Shown piece after piece: positions 49,308 through 60,911 of a stretch of 64,000 bases of DNA. The notes below the pieces were generated by a model, which did no database searches, was not told where the DNA came from, and saw nothing but the letters and a program-made list of their open reading frames with translations. Each line of letters starts with the position of its first letter. Position 1 is the first letter of the stretch. This DNA is from Psilocybe cubensis (lineage: Eukaryota), in the NCBI GenBank assembly GCA_017499595.2, contig CM039010.1, positions 62,001-126,000 on the forward strand. Direction: 5' to 3'. Position numbers and translations under genes: made by a program.

Positions 49308-52300
49308 ATGTATGACTCACCTCCTCCGATTGTATACGCACTTCCACCAGAATCTCCCTCCACAATCCAGTATGCACCTGTTAAACCCCAAGACTGCGAA
49401 CTTATTACTACTCCAATTCGCAAAAAGAGAAAGGTTTCAGGTCCAGTAAAGCGGACCAAGGTTGCTGACCGGCAAGGGAAGGCACAAAACACAGAACACA
49501 CGCCAGGCCAACAATCAACACCAGCAACTTTCACTGATTTTCCCGAGCCCAATGTTTTGGAAACCTCAAATCAGGAGCTTGAAGCTACAGATGACGACAT
49601 AGATACACGACTTCTGCCTAATTTTGATGAAAATTATTCGCTTTTCTTGGATGCTGTTTTGGCAGAGGAATGCGGCCTGTTTCAACTGACCAGTCGGTTA
49701 TTTGTGGTAAATGGGTGGAATATTTTGAGGGGGGAATCAACCGTAAGTCATTTCAGATTCTCGCAAAGTTAAATTTCCCTCTCATACATCAATAGCGGCT
49801 GTGGTACCATGTACTCCGAGTGGAGATTGACGGCATCTTCACTTCTGTTTGTTTGTGCCCGGCTGCCAATGGGCAAAGTTCATGTTTCCATTCACGCTTC
49901 ATTGATCAGAATGCTGGTGTAGGTTCGGAAAACCAGGCTTTTGAGGTAGAAAAAGGTAGTGAGAACTTAGATTGTTTGATATGGATTCAACATACCGTGT
50001 TCATATGCTATCCTGGTAGATACAGATCAGACAACTTTCTTATTTTCAAGGCACGAGAGTATAAAAGATGGACAGTACATGAATTACTTCTCAACACCAT
50101 CATTTACTCGATTTTCAACAATCAAGAACCGTGCCGTGGTCGAACATCAGGGAGACGACACCGGAGCGGGAGTTTGGAAATGCAACAAGGACAGTGGGGC
50201 ATCCTCGTGCTCACATATTGTATCGGCGCGGCATACATTGCAGCAATATTTGACAGGCAACTGTGATGCTCAAGACGACAATGTAGGCAAGGATGGCGAC
50301 ACAGGATTACAATACAATGGTAAGCTTGATTATCTATTGAAAGGTTCGAGTACTTAACTACAAACCTATCTTCATAGGTACGGCTCTGCGTACAATGGCA
50401 GGTATTGCTGAATCGGTTTCATATCGCCCTCTCCCACCGCCGGGCTGGTCAAGAGTCGCATCCGATCCTCCATCAATGCCAAGAGTGACATTTGACATTC
50501 CTCCAACGATTATCTCCCTGTCGACGAATGATTCTTGCTGTTGTACAACCCCACGTGAGCGTTTCAAAGCTCTTGAACCTACAATCGAAAAGGAGTGTAC
50601 CATTTATACTCTTACACGGGCGTTCAAAGCAGTTATAACGTTGCAAAAATGCGGTAAATGCACCCATCGATGTATTGGGCCAGATTGTAGCTCACAAGGG
50701 ATTTTTAATTTCAATAACCGGAGCTTGTTCACCCATGAGCTCCTTGATGATTACACCAGCGCATTTTCGTCGTCAGAAACCCCTTTTATTTCCTGGGTGC
50801 AGACTGTTTCTCGCCGATACCAAGCAAGGAACTCCCCTATTCCGTTTGCAAACGAGAAGTTGTTTCGATCGAGCTGGTTCTCTTACGCCCGACTTATAGA
50901 CTTTGGACCCGACATGGTATGCCCATCCTGTGGCCCGACCCCTGATTCAACTATATGGGACGGCGTCACGGTGTCATTTAGCCGCAAAAACCTGATGCCA
51001 ACTCTACGTCCCCCGACTACAATAGGGGAGAATTCTATCTCTAGACCAGATGTCCGGCCGTTACCCAATCTGCAAGCCATTCCAAACCGCTCCTTGCGCC
51101 TTTTAATTCGTTATATTCTGCAGGGGCCACAATTAACCACCATTTCTGACGCCACTCATCCGGAGGGAAGCCCCGAGTATGAACGAAACCGCCGAATGGT
51201 TGAGCGCTTGACTCAAATTCCCGAGCTAGTCCGGAAATTGATGGCCCTGGACCCTTCCGTTGGAGAACTCTTCGATATCCACTTTGGGATGGCTACTGTT
51301 TTGGGTAAAAGGAATGCGCATGATGTGTATTCCAAATTTTTCATCCAGGTATTTCGGTATTCCATATATTAAACGACTCATTATAACAACTTTAATTATA
51401 GCTGTCTTCGGATGAAAATGTGCTGCAATTTATAGCATTTTCCTGCCTGGACAACCTTCGAACATTCATCAGACGTCCTTATCTCAGCAATGTTCATTTG
51501 CTGCGATATATCCCGGCTCTCCATCTGTTAATTAAGCATGAACTTACCATGGGGACGCTCACAAATCAGGTTCTAGGGGTCTGTAAATGGCTATACGTCC
51601 GGGTTACTGTGGTCTACACACTATTAAAGGTTCACGATGGACCTGCTGTTGTAAGCAATGTTTTACAAGAGAATTTATTTATGGATGATTGGCTCAAGGT
51701 GAGTTGTCATATAATGTTAAATGAAATTTCAAACGAGATTTTAAATAGACAGGATGTTGCTACGCCATGCCGGCCATTCGTGACCGTCCACAATATCCAA
51801 ATTTGCCATACGAGTCAGGATATGACTTGGGAAGCGCAGAAATTGACGAAGACATATGCCGAAAATACTACTCCACCTATTCAAAAAAGCGACTAACCGG
51901 CGGGATTATGTGTGTTTGGTGCACCCATAGCATTTGCTATGGATTTCACTGTATCCGAGCGGCGGAGGGAAGAAACGATGTGTTCTCGGCAATATTCACA
52001 CGCTGGAAAAAGGCTCCAAAAGTCGTGGTATACGATTTTGCTTGTGCTTTACAGCCTTATTGCATGTTACGGGAACCAGACTTCTTCAAGGACACACTCT
52101 TCGCCATCGACATATTTCACTCAAGTGAACATAAATGTGGTGAAGCCTGTTTTCTTTCATCTTACTGTGCAGAAAATCCAAATCTGCTCAGACTAAATTC
52201 TAGTGCTGCAGAATGTGGAAACAGTGGGATTTCCAAGATTCGAAAGGCTGTGAGCTATATGTCACAGGACAGAGCAGTGATGTACATGAGGGTTTTCTTT

Positions 52301-52354
52301 TCGATTTGGAACAGGCAGCAGATTCAAAAGTTAGAAAAAAAGCAAGGTCATTAG
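49308..52354 (+). CDS. KDZ-class transposase (Zisupton/HMGXB3-like; SWIM-like and CxC4-like Cys clusters), multi-exon
   Basis: CLCPAANGQSSCFH, CIGPDCSSQGIFNFNNRSLFTHELLDDY..ETPF, CPSCG..IWDGVT, TGGIMCVWCTHSICYGF..EGRNDVF, YDFAC, IDIFHSSEHKC, NSSAAECGN; exons joinable by GT..AG introns. Confidence 0.82.
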
Positions 52355-52576
52355 TTAGCCTGTAGTTAAAAATTTAAATCAACATTGTTTGTCTCCAACC
52401 ACAGAAACCGCAGATGTGTCAAATGCATGGTTTAGAGTATTTTTGACAGGATATCCGGGGAGAGAACAAATATGTGTGGCTGCCGAATTTTGGTCAACAT
52501 GCATTATATTTATGCTAGTATAAAAATTGACGCAGAGGATTCAGTTCTGGAACATGGTTAATATATGGCCGGTACG

Positions 52577-52755
52577 CCATTTCTCGCGGGGCAATCAAAA
52601 GGTGGCCTGTGCACCATTTCTCGCGGGGCAATCAAAAGGTGGCCTGTGCACCATTTCTCGCGGGGCAATCAAAAGGTGGCCTGTGCACCATTTCTTGCGG
52701 GGCAATCAAAAGGTGGCCTGTGCACCATTTCTCGCGGGGCAATCAAAAGGTGGCC
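52577..52755. repeat. Tandem repeat, 37 bp x about 4.9
   Basis: CCATTTCTCGCGGGGCAATCAAAAGGTGGCCTGTGCA at 52577, 52614, 52651, 52688, 52725; one substitution seen. Confidence 0.95.
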
Positions 52756-53873
52756 CGTATGTGGCCCGTCACCCCGTGCATCAAATCATGGCAACTCAAG
52801 AATTGGTGCCAAAAGAATCATTTTGAATCACTGTGTATTAAATATGCATTTGTACATTCTGCAGGATTCTAACTGCTCGCTGGTTCTGTGGTTAATGGAT
52901 AATACCATGTGTGATTCCGAATGAGTGAAAGACGTCCTCAACAATTTGAGGTCTGTGCGTAACCCTAAAGTTGAATGTGGATACCACCTCCGCTGTATGA
53001 CGGACGCTTAGACCAAGATGTTTGAAAGTGATTCTGAGAGCGAAATTGAGTATTTGAAGGATGAATGGTGCTCAGACCAATATTTAGGGTGGATAGTAAA
53101 GGGGTTGCACCGAAAGATTTGAGGTGTTACTAGAAAAAATGATGCTCCAGCTGCAATCTCTGTGACGCTTGTTGCAAAATGGGTGTTATCGCAGACTTTG
53201 ACATATGAATGAAAATAATGCTCTGGCCAAATTTTGATATGCTCACACCAAAGTTTCTATCTGCATAATAAATCAAATTTGACCGAGAGATTGACATGTT
53301 AGGACAAAATGAAGCTCCAGGCCACAATTTGTGTCACCCGTGCAAAGTGATCGTTAGCGCAGACTTTGACGCGTTCATGAAAATGATGCTTGGGCCAAAG
53401 TTTCGTTCGGCATCCTAAAGTGAATCCAACCGCAAACCTTTACACTCTACTGAAAATCGAGGCGTACACCACAATTTCTATGAGCACATTAACAGAAAGC
53501 TCTCCAACACATGAGTGAGAATGATGCTCATGCCTCAATTGATATGATGCCAGTGGAAAAAATTTCCGTTAACCCAGATAATGGCGCTTCCGAGAACAAT
53601 TTTTCCTTCCAATAACCCATTATAGACATCGGAATGTAGGGTACTTTATTTGCGGGAATGCAGGGTATAAGTTTCATTGGGATGTAAGGTACATTATACC
53701 TGCTTTACTACCCAGTCGATAGGCCAATACTCAACTGGTTATTTTTGAATTTTCATCACGAAGTGGACATAAGGATGGGATGCAATCTCTAAGCAGATCG
53801 AACTCTGCAATTCTAGAAAAGCAAGAAAGCAAAGTATCTGTGTAACGAACTTCCCGAAACACAACTTACAACC

Positions 53874-54221
53874 ATGTTCAAGCAAATCAAAGCCATCGTC
53901 GTGCTCACCCTTGCTATCTTCATAGCAAGTTCTATTGCTGCACCAACCATTAAAATTGTCAAACGTTTGTACTCATCCCTCTAAACGTAGGCCATTTAAT
54001 CACTGAAAGTGTATTGTCTCCAGGACGCCCCCTTCGCGGCAACGCCATCACCTGCCCCTGAACGGACATCAGCATTCTCAGCGGTATGATACGACAATTG
54101 ACCATCTTTCTTACTCCTATATTCAAGTCAACTCTAACAGGGCCAGAATAAAGACAAGAAGGATGGAGGGTTATTTGGGACGTACAAGGATACCGTTGAA
54201 TACCCAAATAATACAAATTGA
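53874..54221 (+). CDS. Small secreted peptide gene, candidate RiPP precursor; exon phase ambiguous
   Basis: Kozak ACCATG, signal peptide MFKQIKAIVVLTLAIFIASSIA-APT, KR site, two intron-like segments (GTTTGT..CCAG, GTATGA..CTAACAG), last exon GQNKDKKDGGLFGTYKDTVEYPNNTN*. Confidence 0.55.
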
Positions 54222-54985
54222 ATCATGGATTTGATTAGCGTTGATACGACCGAGTCCATCACTCAGACTTTCGTTCCCCTCATAGGGTACCTGATGGTAG
54301 ATGTTTTCTCTGATCGTTTAACTTTTGCTTTCGTGTTGCGCGTGGCACATTCAAACATCCAATTATGTGGGATATTCAACTATGATCCCGCTGTCCGCCT
54401 GTTCGCTTGAACACAATAGCAACTCACAAAACGGCAAGGTAAAAGAACCAATTAATAAATGATATGCTTCTACATCACGGACAGTGTTATACGTACAGCC
54501 GAAGAGGTCAAAAGCACAGCCTTCTGTATTGCTGCACTCCGTTAAAAGATTCTGATGCCATTTTCAAATATTTCAAGAGAGATGGTTCTCGATACATCAC
54601 GCAGAACGTTGAGAGGTATTCGTAACATTAATAATTATGGATATAGAAGCTCTATGGGTGTATCGGTTCGTGTGAACCAAGTGTCTGCTGATAATTTAGA
54701 ACAAACGTTGAGGTATTGAATAAGGATGATAGAAGTTTCCTACCTCACCTTGAAGCCCTTAGAGTTGTTTATTAATAGAGCTGACACCCACCGTGATATG
54801 AAAGTTTCCGACAAGTCCCCTCGCTACATTTTCGGATTTATCCACAACCGATGGGAAGTAAACCTTCCATACTTGGGTGATGTAAATGAAATTGGCTGCC
54901 GTCATACCAATTTGCATAATATTTTCTTCCAAGTTCGACATGGCCAGGCCACGGCCATCTCGCCCCAAAAAAACAATGTTCAAAA

Positions 54986-55657
54986 TCATTGCTCTACTTC
55001 AGCGGCATTTAGCCAAGCCTGAAATGCCATATACTCCTCCCCGATGCGTTCGTAAGAAGCCTCCCAGTCGTAACATTGAACATCGGATCCAATTCGCTGG
55101 GTTTGAAAATCCTTTTCCATAAAATCGTCGTCCTCAAGTGTGTCGTCTGCCTGGCAAAGTAAAGTCTGCCTAAGGTACTGAAGGCAGTGATTCACGTGGT
55201 GCGGTGTTGCACTTCTATCGGATCTCTTGAGAAGCGCTCTTCGCAGCTGGACCATGCAGTGAAGCTGATGGTAGAAGGTGGATATAAATAGCCTATGATT
55301 GCTGCCTAAGTGAACACGGCCCGTGCCCTTTGGAAACTGAAAGAGAAGCTCCCATTCGTGTGTTCCCTCTGGGTCACTCGTATTGAGGGTATAGTGAAGT
55401 GTTTCCTGTAAGGTGAGTGCTGCTGGTGTCATTGAAAGTCCTGGATGATAAAACGGGTGGTCCATTCCAATGTAGGTATACGGTGTCTCTGTCGGGTAGG
55501 TCGTGATGAGGGAGTTCTGAGATCTGAATCAAATACAATACGCAGTAATACCTTTAAAGGTGTCAGTGTGTACACTAAAGACCTCGGATAGGGTCTTCAT
55601 TGCGAAGTACACGTTGAGAAATGCAAGTAAAATGAGCAGAAACGATGAGCGGCTCAT
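54986..55657 (-). CDS. DUF3328 / UstYa-like oxidase, canonical
   Basis: N-terminal TM exon MSRSSFLLILLAFLNVYFAM, one intron, YTYIGMDHP, YHQLHC and HHVNHCLQYLRQTLLCQADDTLE, CYDWE. Confidence 0.92.
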
Positions 55658-55765
55658 GGTGGTTTGCTAGCAAAGCAAGAAGTTGCACATATTGACAAGC
55701 GGGGAATGAATTGTCATGGTATATATATATGGCAGATATCAAAGCGACCTCCCACCTTCTTTACT

Positions 55766-56400
55766 ATGTTTTACCGTCGGCTTTTGTGGGCACTGGCAGG
55801 CATATTTGCTGTGCTTGATGCAGCTTTCGTAGCACTTTGCCTGTTTAAACGTGCCCAGTCTTCCAGTGCCTCCCGCTTGTCAGCCAAAGGTAAATTATGA
55901 CCTACAGGAATAAAAGTAACAAGACTCATCGCGGCCATTCATTCATCAAAGGATTGTACTATATGCCCGAGTATGGCTCCGCGGTTGCGATGCGAATCAT
56001 TGGAAACAGCCAGCACTACCAAGTCAGCGGAGAAGATAGTGATGCAGAATGGGGAAGTTTAATTCCTACAGGCGGCCACGCTATTTATACCACAGTTGAA
56101 GATTCCGGAGTAATTGAAAAGAAAACCGTGACCATGCTTCACCAGTTCAAATGCCTCGATGAAATTCGCCGCCAGTACAATGGGCCTCAGTCGGCCCCTC
56201 TCTCACCATTGACTATCCACTGCATGAATTACCTCAAGCAGACTATACTCTGCCGACTTAACACGGGATTAGAACCGATAAAAAATCCGGAGGGAGGAGC
56301 ATCTCGAGATTATGACACTGTGTGTCAGGATTGGACGAAAATATACGCAGAGGTAATTCGTAACCAGAATGCGTATAGCACATGGAAGTCACACATATAG
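55766..56400 (+). CDS. DUF3328 / UstYa-like protein with degenerate metal motifs
   Basis: TM exon MFYRRLLWALAGIFAVLDAAFVALCLF, one intron, EWGSLIPTGG, LHQFKCLDEIR, LTIHCMNYLKQTILC, CQDWTKIY. Confidence 0.88.
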
Positions 56401-57043
56401 TGTTATATACCTCCGTAATTTCAAGATAAGTCATGGATCACTTTCAAAGAAATGACGCTATGACGCTAGCTTGCGCTGCTTCATTTTGCGTACTTTTGGT
56501 ACCACTGGAATGCGTTAATGACTGCTATATTTGTCTCCATAAAGGTACTTTGACGGCAGTAAAACTTGAAAGGGGAAAAGGCCTCCACATAACACGCAAT
56601 ACAACATCTTCTCGATAACATACTTAAAATCCGGCACTCTTACAGAATAAAATGCCCGCTCGCACGGCACGCCAATTCAACACCCACCCATAGTCCTAGA
56701 TTACTCCCTGTCGAGTGGAAGTGTAAAACTTTCTGAGTGCATGACAGACTAAATTTAACCTAGATCGCGTTCAGTTGTACAGGGATTAGGAGTCACGAAA
56801 GGCTTACGGGGGATATGACAAGAAACGGCACGAGATTAATGGTAGTAGATGCGGCTCCACAGTACAACATGACGCGAGAGGGAGCTTCGAGAGTAAAAAA
56901 AATGAACTCAAACATAACCATGGGTGTACGAATGTTAGGGATTATTCCGAGCAAAAAGAACGAGTGTTGGATAACTAGAAATGTTTTTAGCTAGTTTATT
57001 TTGTATGCATTGATTTTCCTACGCTATCGACCGACTACAATAA

Positions 57044-60000
57044 TCACGCCCCGGTGTGAACAAACATGACCCAACGTTCCAGAGGGACACCTTGTTTTCT
57101 CATCTCCCTGATTGCAATGTTTAATGCCTGAGCGGATTCCTTAAAATTGGCAGTTGATCCATTAGAAAATATGTAGTCATAGAAATGCTTCGCAATGGTG
57201 GGTCCATCTTCATCATGCATCTCCCACAATGTTCCCACAACACTTCGGAATCCACAAAATTGCAATGCCGCGGATAAGTGGATGCTTTCATCTGGTGTTT
57301 GAGTATCTCCGGCGGCACTGTGGCACGCTGAAAGAAATGCTAACTCGGCATGGGGTAGTTTTGCCTGAATCAACTCCAGAAGCTCGAGTCGCTCATTGTA
57401 GAGCTCAAATGATGATCTGAATGGCTGATTGTCGTCTCCCAAGTGACCATGACAAGCCAGGTGAACCCGGGAGTGGTCCATAATGCCGCTGAGAACAGCA
57501 TTCCTGGTTGCTTCGGAATCCATGAGAACATCTACGTTATCTTCATATCGCCTGATTACATCGACTTCATTTTTGACCCTATGAAGGTCCTTTCCTGATT
57601 GACCAACCACCAGCAGCTTCGGAACTCCCTGTGATTTGGATATTTTCGACCTCGCCCTGATTAATGCAGATAGTGTCGGAGTGTAGGAAGATATATAGAT
57701 ATCAGGCAGGTTTCTTTCACCACGCCTATAAGGTCCAGCAGCGTGGAGCGGAAGAGCACACAGCGCCGACGTTGGACACCACCAGATCCTCGATTTTTGG
57801 GCAATCCCAATGTCCGACAATCGCTCAACCACAGGGTGCCCTATTGTACGCCAAATATCCCGTAACACTCCCACAATCTCTCTGGAGGATTGAAGCTTGG
57901 TGGCATGGTCAAGAAGTGTTTCAGAGCGAGCTTGGGGCAACGGGACGAGAACGGGTGGACTATGATGGAGAATGATGATAGCGTCACAGCGGTAACTGCT
58001 GATGTTTACAATTATGACAGGGCCCTCGACCGCAGCTGCTTGAAGTTGTTTGAATTGAGGTGCTTGCAAAAAATTCTCAAACCCATCGATCTTACGAATC
58101 TTCTCCACTGTTTCATCCCATTCCTCCGATAGAATGCGATGCTTTTGCATTTGGGATTCGAGCAACTCGGATGAACTTGCTTCTTTGTTTTGAATTATGG
58201 ATCGCTGGGATTGCAATACTATCTTCTCGAGTTGGATATTCAAAGACTCAAGTCGGTCAGCTAATTCAATCCCTTCATTGGCCTGGCGGAGTTCCTGAAG
58301 TGGGTCTTTGTACACATTGGCCTTGGACCACAGGATTGCGCGACCTTGTTCAAGCAACTCGACTGCTGTTTCAAGATCTCCAGTAGGTATTATCGCGGAG
58401 GATGATTCGCATGCCAATGAAGCAGCAGATTGGGTAGTAGCGAGGTAACTTTGTTGCGCTTCAACATGGCCACGGGAAATCAGTGACCGCTGCAGCAGAT
58501 GGAGTGCAGTTTTACAGGCAGGTTTAACTGATTCATCGTTAAAGTCACGGGAAAATTTTATCCATACTGTAGCAGATGACAAGCGATGCTTTACAAAAGA
58601 ATGGACGTCGCATGATGCTTGTGCAAAAAGTTGAAATGCCTCTTTAAAGTCATTCCTCGTTCCCATGTGTGCGAAACGGAACAAAAGAGAGACTGCCAGG
58701 TCGTGGAGATACTGTGAACGTCCCGGATGGCCTGGAAGCCGCAGTTTAATCGCATTGCGGTATAGATAAATTGATTCTTCTAAATCTGCTATATTTTGAC
58801 TGTGCTCTTCGGTATACCGCGTACGCAGAACATTTGCCAGATTGTACAGGTCAGAGGAACGGTACATGTGCTCAACAGGCGTTAGCTTCATGGCTTCCCG
58901 GTGAAATGATATTGAATATTCCAAGTCTTTCTTGGATCCCAGTCGGGAGTGTCGCATTTGATGAGCAATTGCTAGACAGTTGAACGACCATGAGCGAAGT
59001 GGATGGCCAATGGGACGGAGGCTCAACGCCTCATGGCCAAAAAATATCGCTTCTGTTAGATCTTCGGTGGAATTCTGTTCTTCATAACGATTTATTAGGG
59101 CAAATGCGAGATTGTTGAAACTCAACGATCTGTTTGGATGATGAGGAGGGCAACATCTGAGCGATTCTCTGAGAAGTGATATCACTTCTTCCAAATCTTC
59201 CTTTGATCCCTGTTGCTCATATCGACTTCTTACAGAAAGTGCAAGGTTTTGGAGAGAAGATGAACGCAGTGGATGGCCAGGAGGACAAAGCCTTAGTGAT
59301 TCCCGACCTAGAGAAATAGACTCCTCCATATCTCCTATGGACCCCAGTCTATCGTATCGACGCTTGATGGCAAGTACTAGGTTGCTGAGAGCCTTTAAGC
59401 GATTTTGATCGTGCGGAGGAAGTATTTCAATCATTTCGCGTAGTAATGTAATTGCTTCTTCCAAATCGTCAATAGATCCTTGTCCCTCGTATTTCCTCAT
59501 AAGGGCTCCAGCGAGGCTATTAAGAGTCGGTGGGCGTTCTGGTCCGTGTGGAGGCAGAAGCTTTAGCGCCTCAAGACACAGTGAAATTGCTTCGGCTAAA
59601 TCATCCATTGATGCCTTCTGCTCATATCGGCACGTCAGAGCAACAGCCAGGTTGTTGAGAACGGGTAAACGAAGTGACCGGTCATAATCTACAAGGTGTG
59701 CTTCACGAGCGAGAGACACTAGTTCACCATAATGATCCATGGATTCTGGTTGTCCGTGCTGCGACATTAGAGCTGCAAGAAGTCCGCTGAGTGTTGCCGG
59801 ATGGTGTGTTTGATCATGATTCAAGAGGCTCAGCAACTCGTGTCCGAGCGATATCGCCTCTTCCAGATCATCTGCTGATCCTTGCTGCTCATGTCGCCTC
59901 ATAAGAGCATGAAAGAGCTGATAGAGGCACTTTGTACGAGCCGGGTGTCCAGGAGGCCGTAAACGAAGGGATTCGCGGTAGTTGGAAATCGCATCATCAA

Positions 60001-60407
60001 CGTCTCTTGGTACAAAAAACTTTGCATACCGAAGTTCAAATGCTAGTCCCAGAGAGAAGGCAACGGTACCACGCCCAACCTGATTGGGTGATAGAAGGTC
60101 GAGTGCTTCTTGGTAACGCGTGATAGCGTCGTCTATATCCCGCCCAGCGCCTGAGTATTGAAACCGAGTCATGAGGGCGTCTCCAAAGCTTTCAATCAAA
60201 TGGTACTTGTTTGGATGGTGAGGAGGGCATTCCTTGAGTTCCCTCTGGTAGAGGCCAATGACGGCGTCAACATCCTCTATACTGTTTACTTTACAATAAC
60301 TTTCGCTCGCTGTAGGCTCTGCCCTAATGTATCAGTTTTAATTTATGAGTTAGCATTGTTCAATGCAGATTAAGAAATTAGAAAACACACTGCTGGTTAG
60401 CACTCAT
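57044..60407 (-). CDS. Intact TPR-CHAT caspase-like protease; micro-exon 60407-60391, intron, main exon 60323-57044
   Basis: MSANQ/QAEPT..ECPPHHPNKYHLIESFGDAL in frame after splicing; TPR-like array; HLACHG and LSACHS; FVHTGA end. Confidence 0.9.
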
Positions 60408-60911
60408 GACAAAACTTGTTGTAAACGTTCAACAGTATAGAGGGAGAATGAATACATCACCGTTGTGATTCCCACTTTCTAATCGATGAACGAACACAGC
60501 ATGCTATATCCGCTGACTCATATCCCACTTCATCGGCCAATCGTTCACTTGATGTCACGTCCCGTGCAAGGTTGGCTCCATCCGTGCGTTTGTTGCACAA
60601 CCTTTGCAAAAACGACTAGTTGAAGCGCAATATAGAAACCACAAACTTGAGAGACGTTTTGTATCATGATAGTTTCACCGAGCATAAAGGAAGGAGACCG
60701 CAGATTTTTAAGGGAAATTTTTTTATTGGTTTTTCGTAGCGCATGATTCCATATTCAAACAACAGAGTCGTTATAAGCAAAACAAGAAGTAACTTTGTAT
60801 ATACAGATGCAGGCCTTTGATGAAGTATTGCTACTCCATACATTTTGCGACTTCTGTGCGGTGATTGTCAAACCGTCAAAGGTAGCGTTCTCGGCCGCAA
60901 CCTTGTGACTT

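Larger units (their letters stand above)
38083..53700 (+). mobile_element. 15.6-kb KDZ-class (Zisupton-like) DNA transposon with cargo
   Basis: Perfect 18-bp terminal inverted repeat GGTATAATGTACCTTACA (38083-38100) / TGTAAGGTACATTATACC (53683-53700), extending imperfectly to about 70 bp; encloses a KDZ-type transposase. Confidence 0.82.

Noticed and set aside
52577-52755. 37-bp repeats as a CRISPR array
   Set aside because: Head-to-tail with no unique spacers, eukaryotic context, no cas genes; ORFs over it are repeat artefacts
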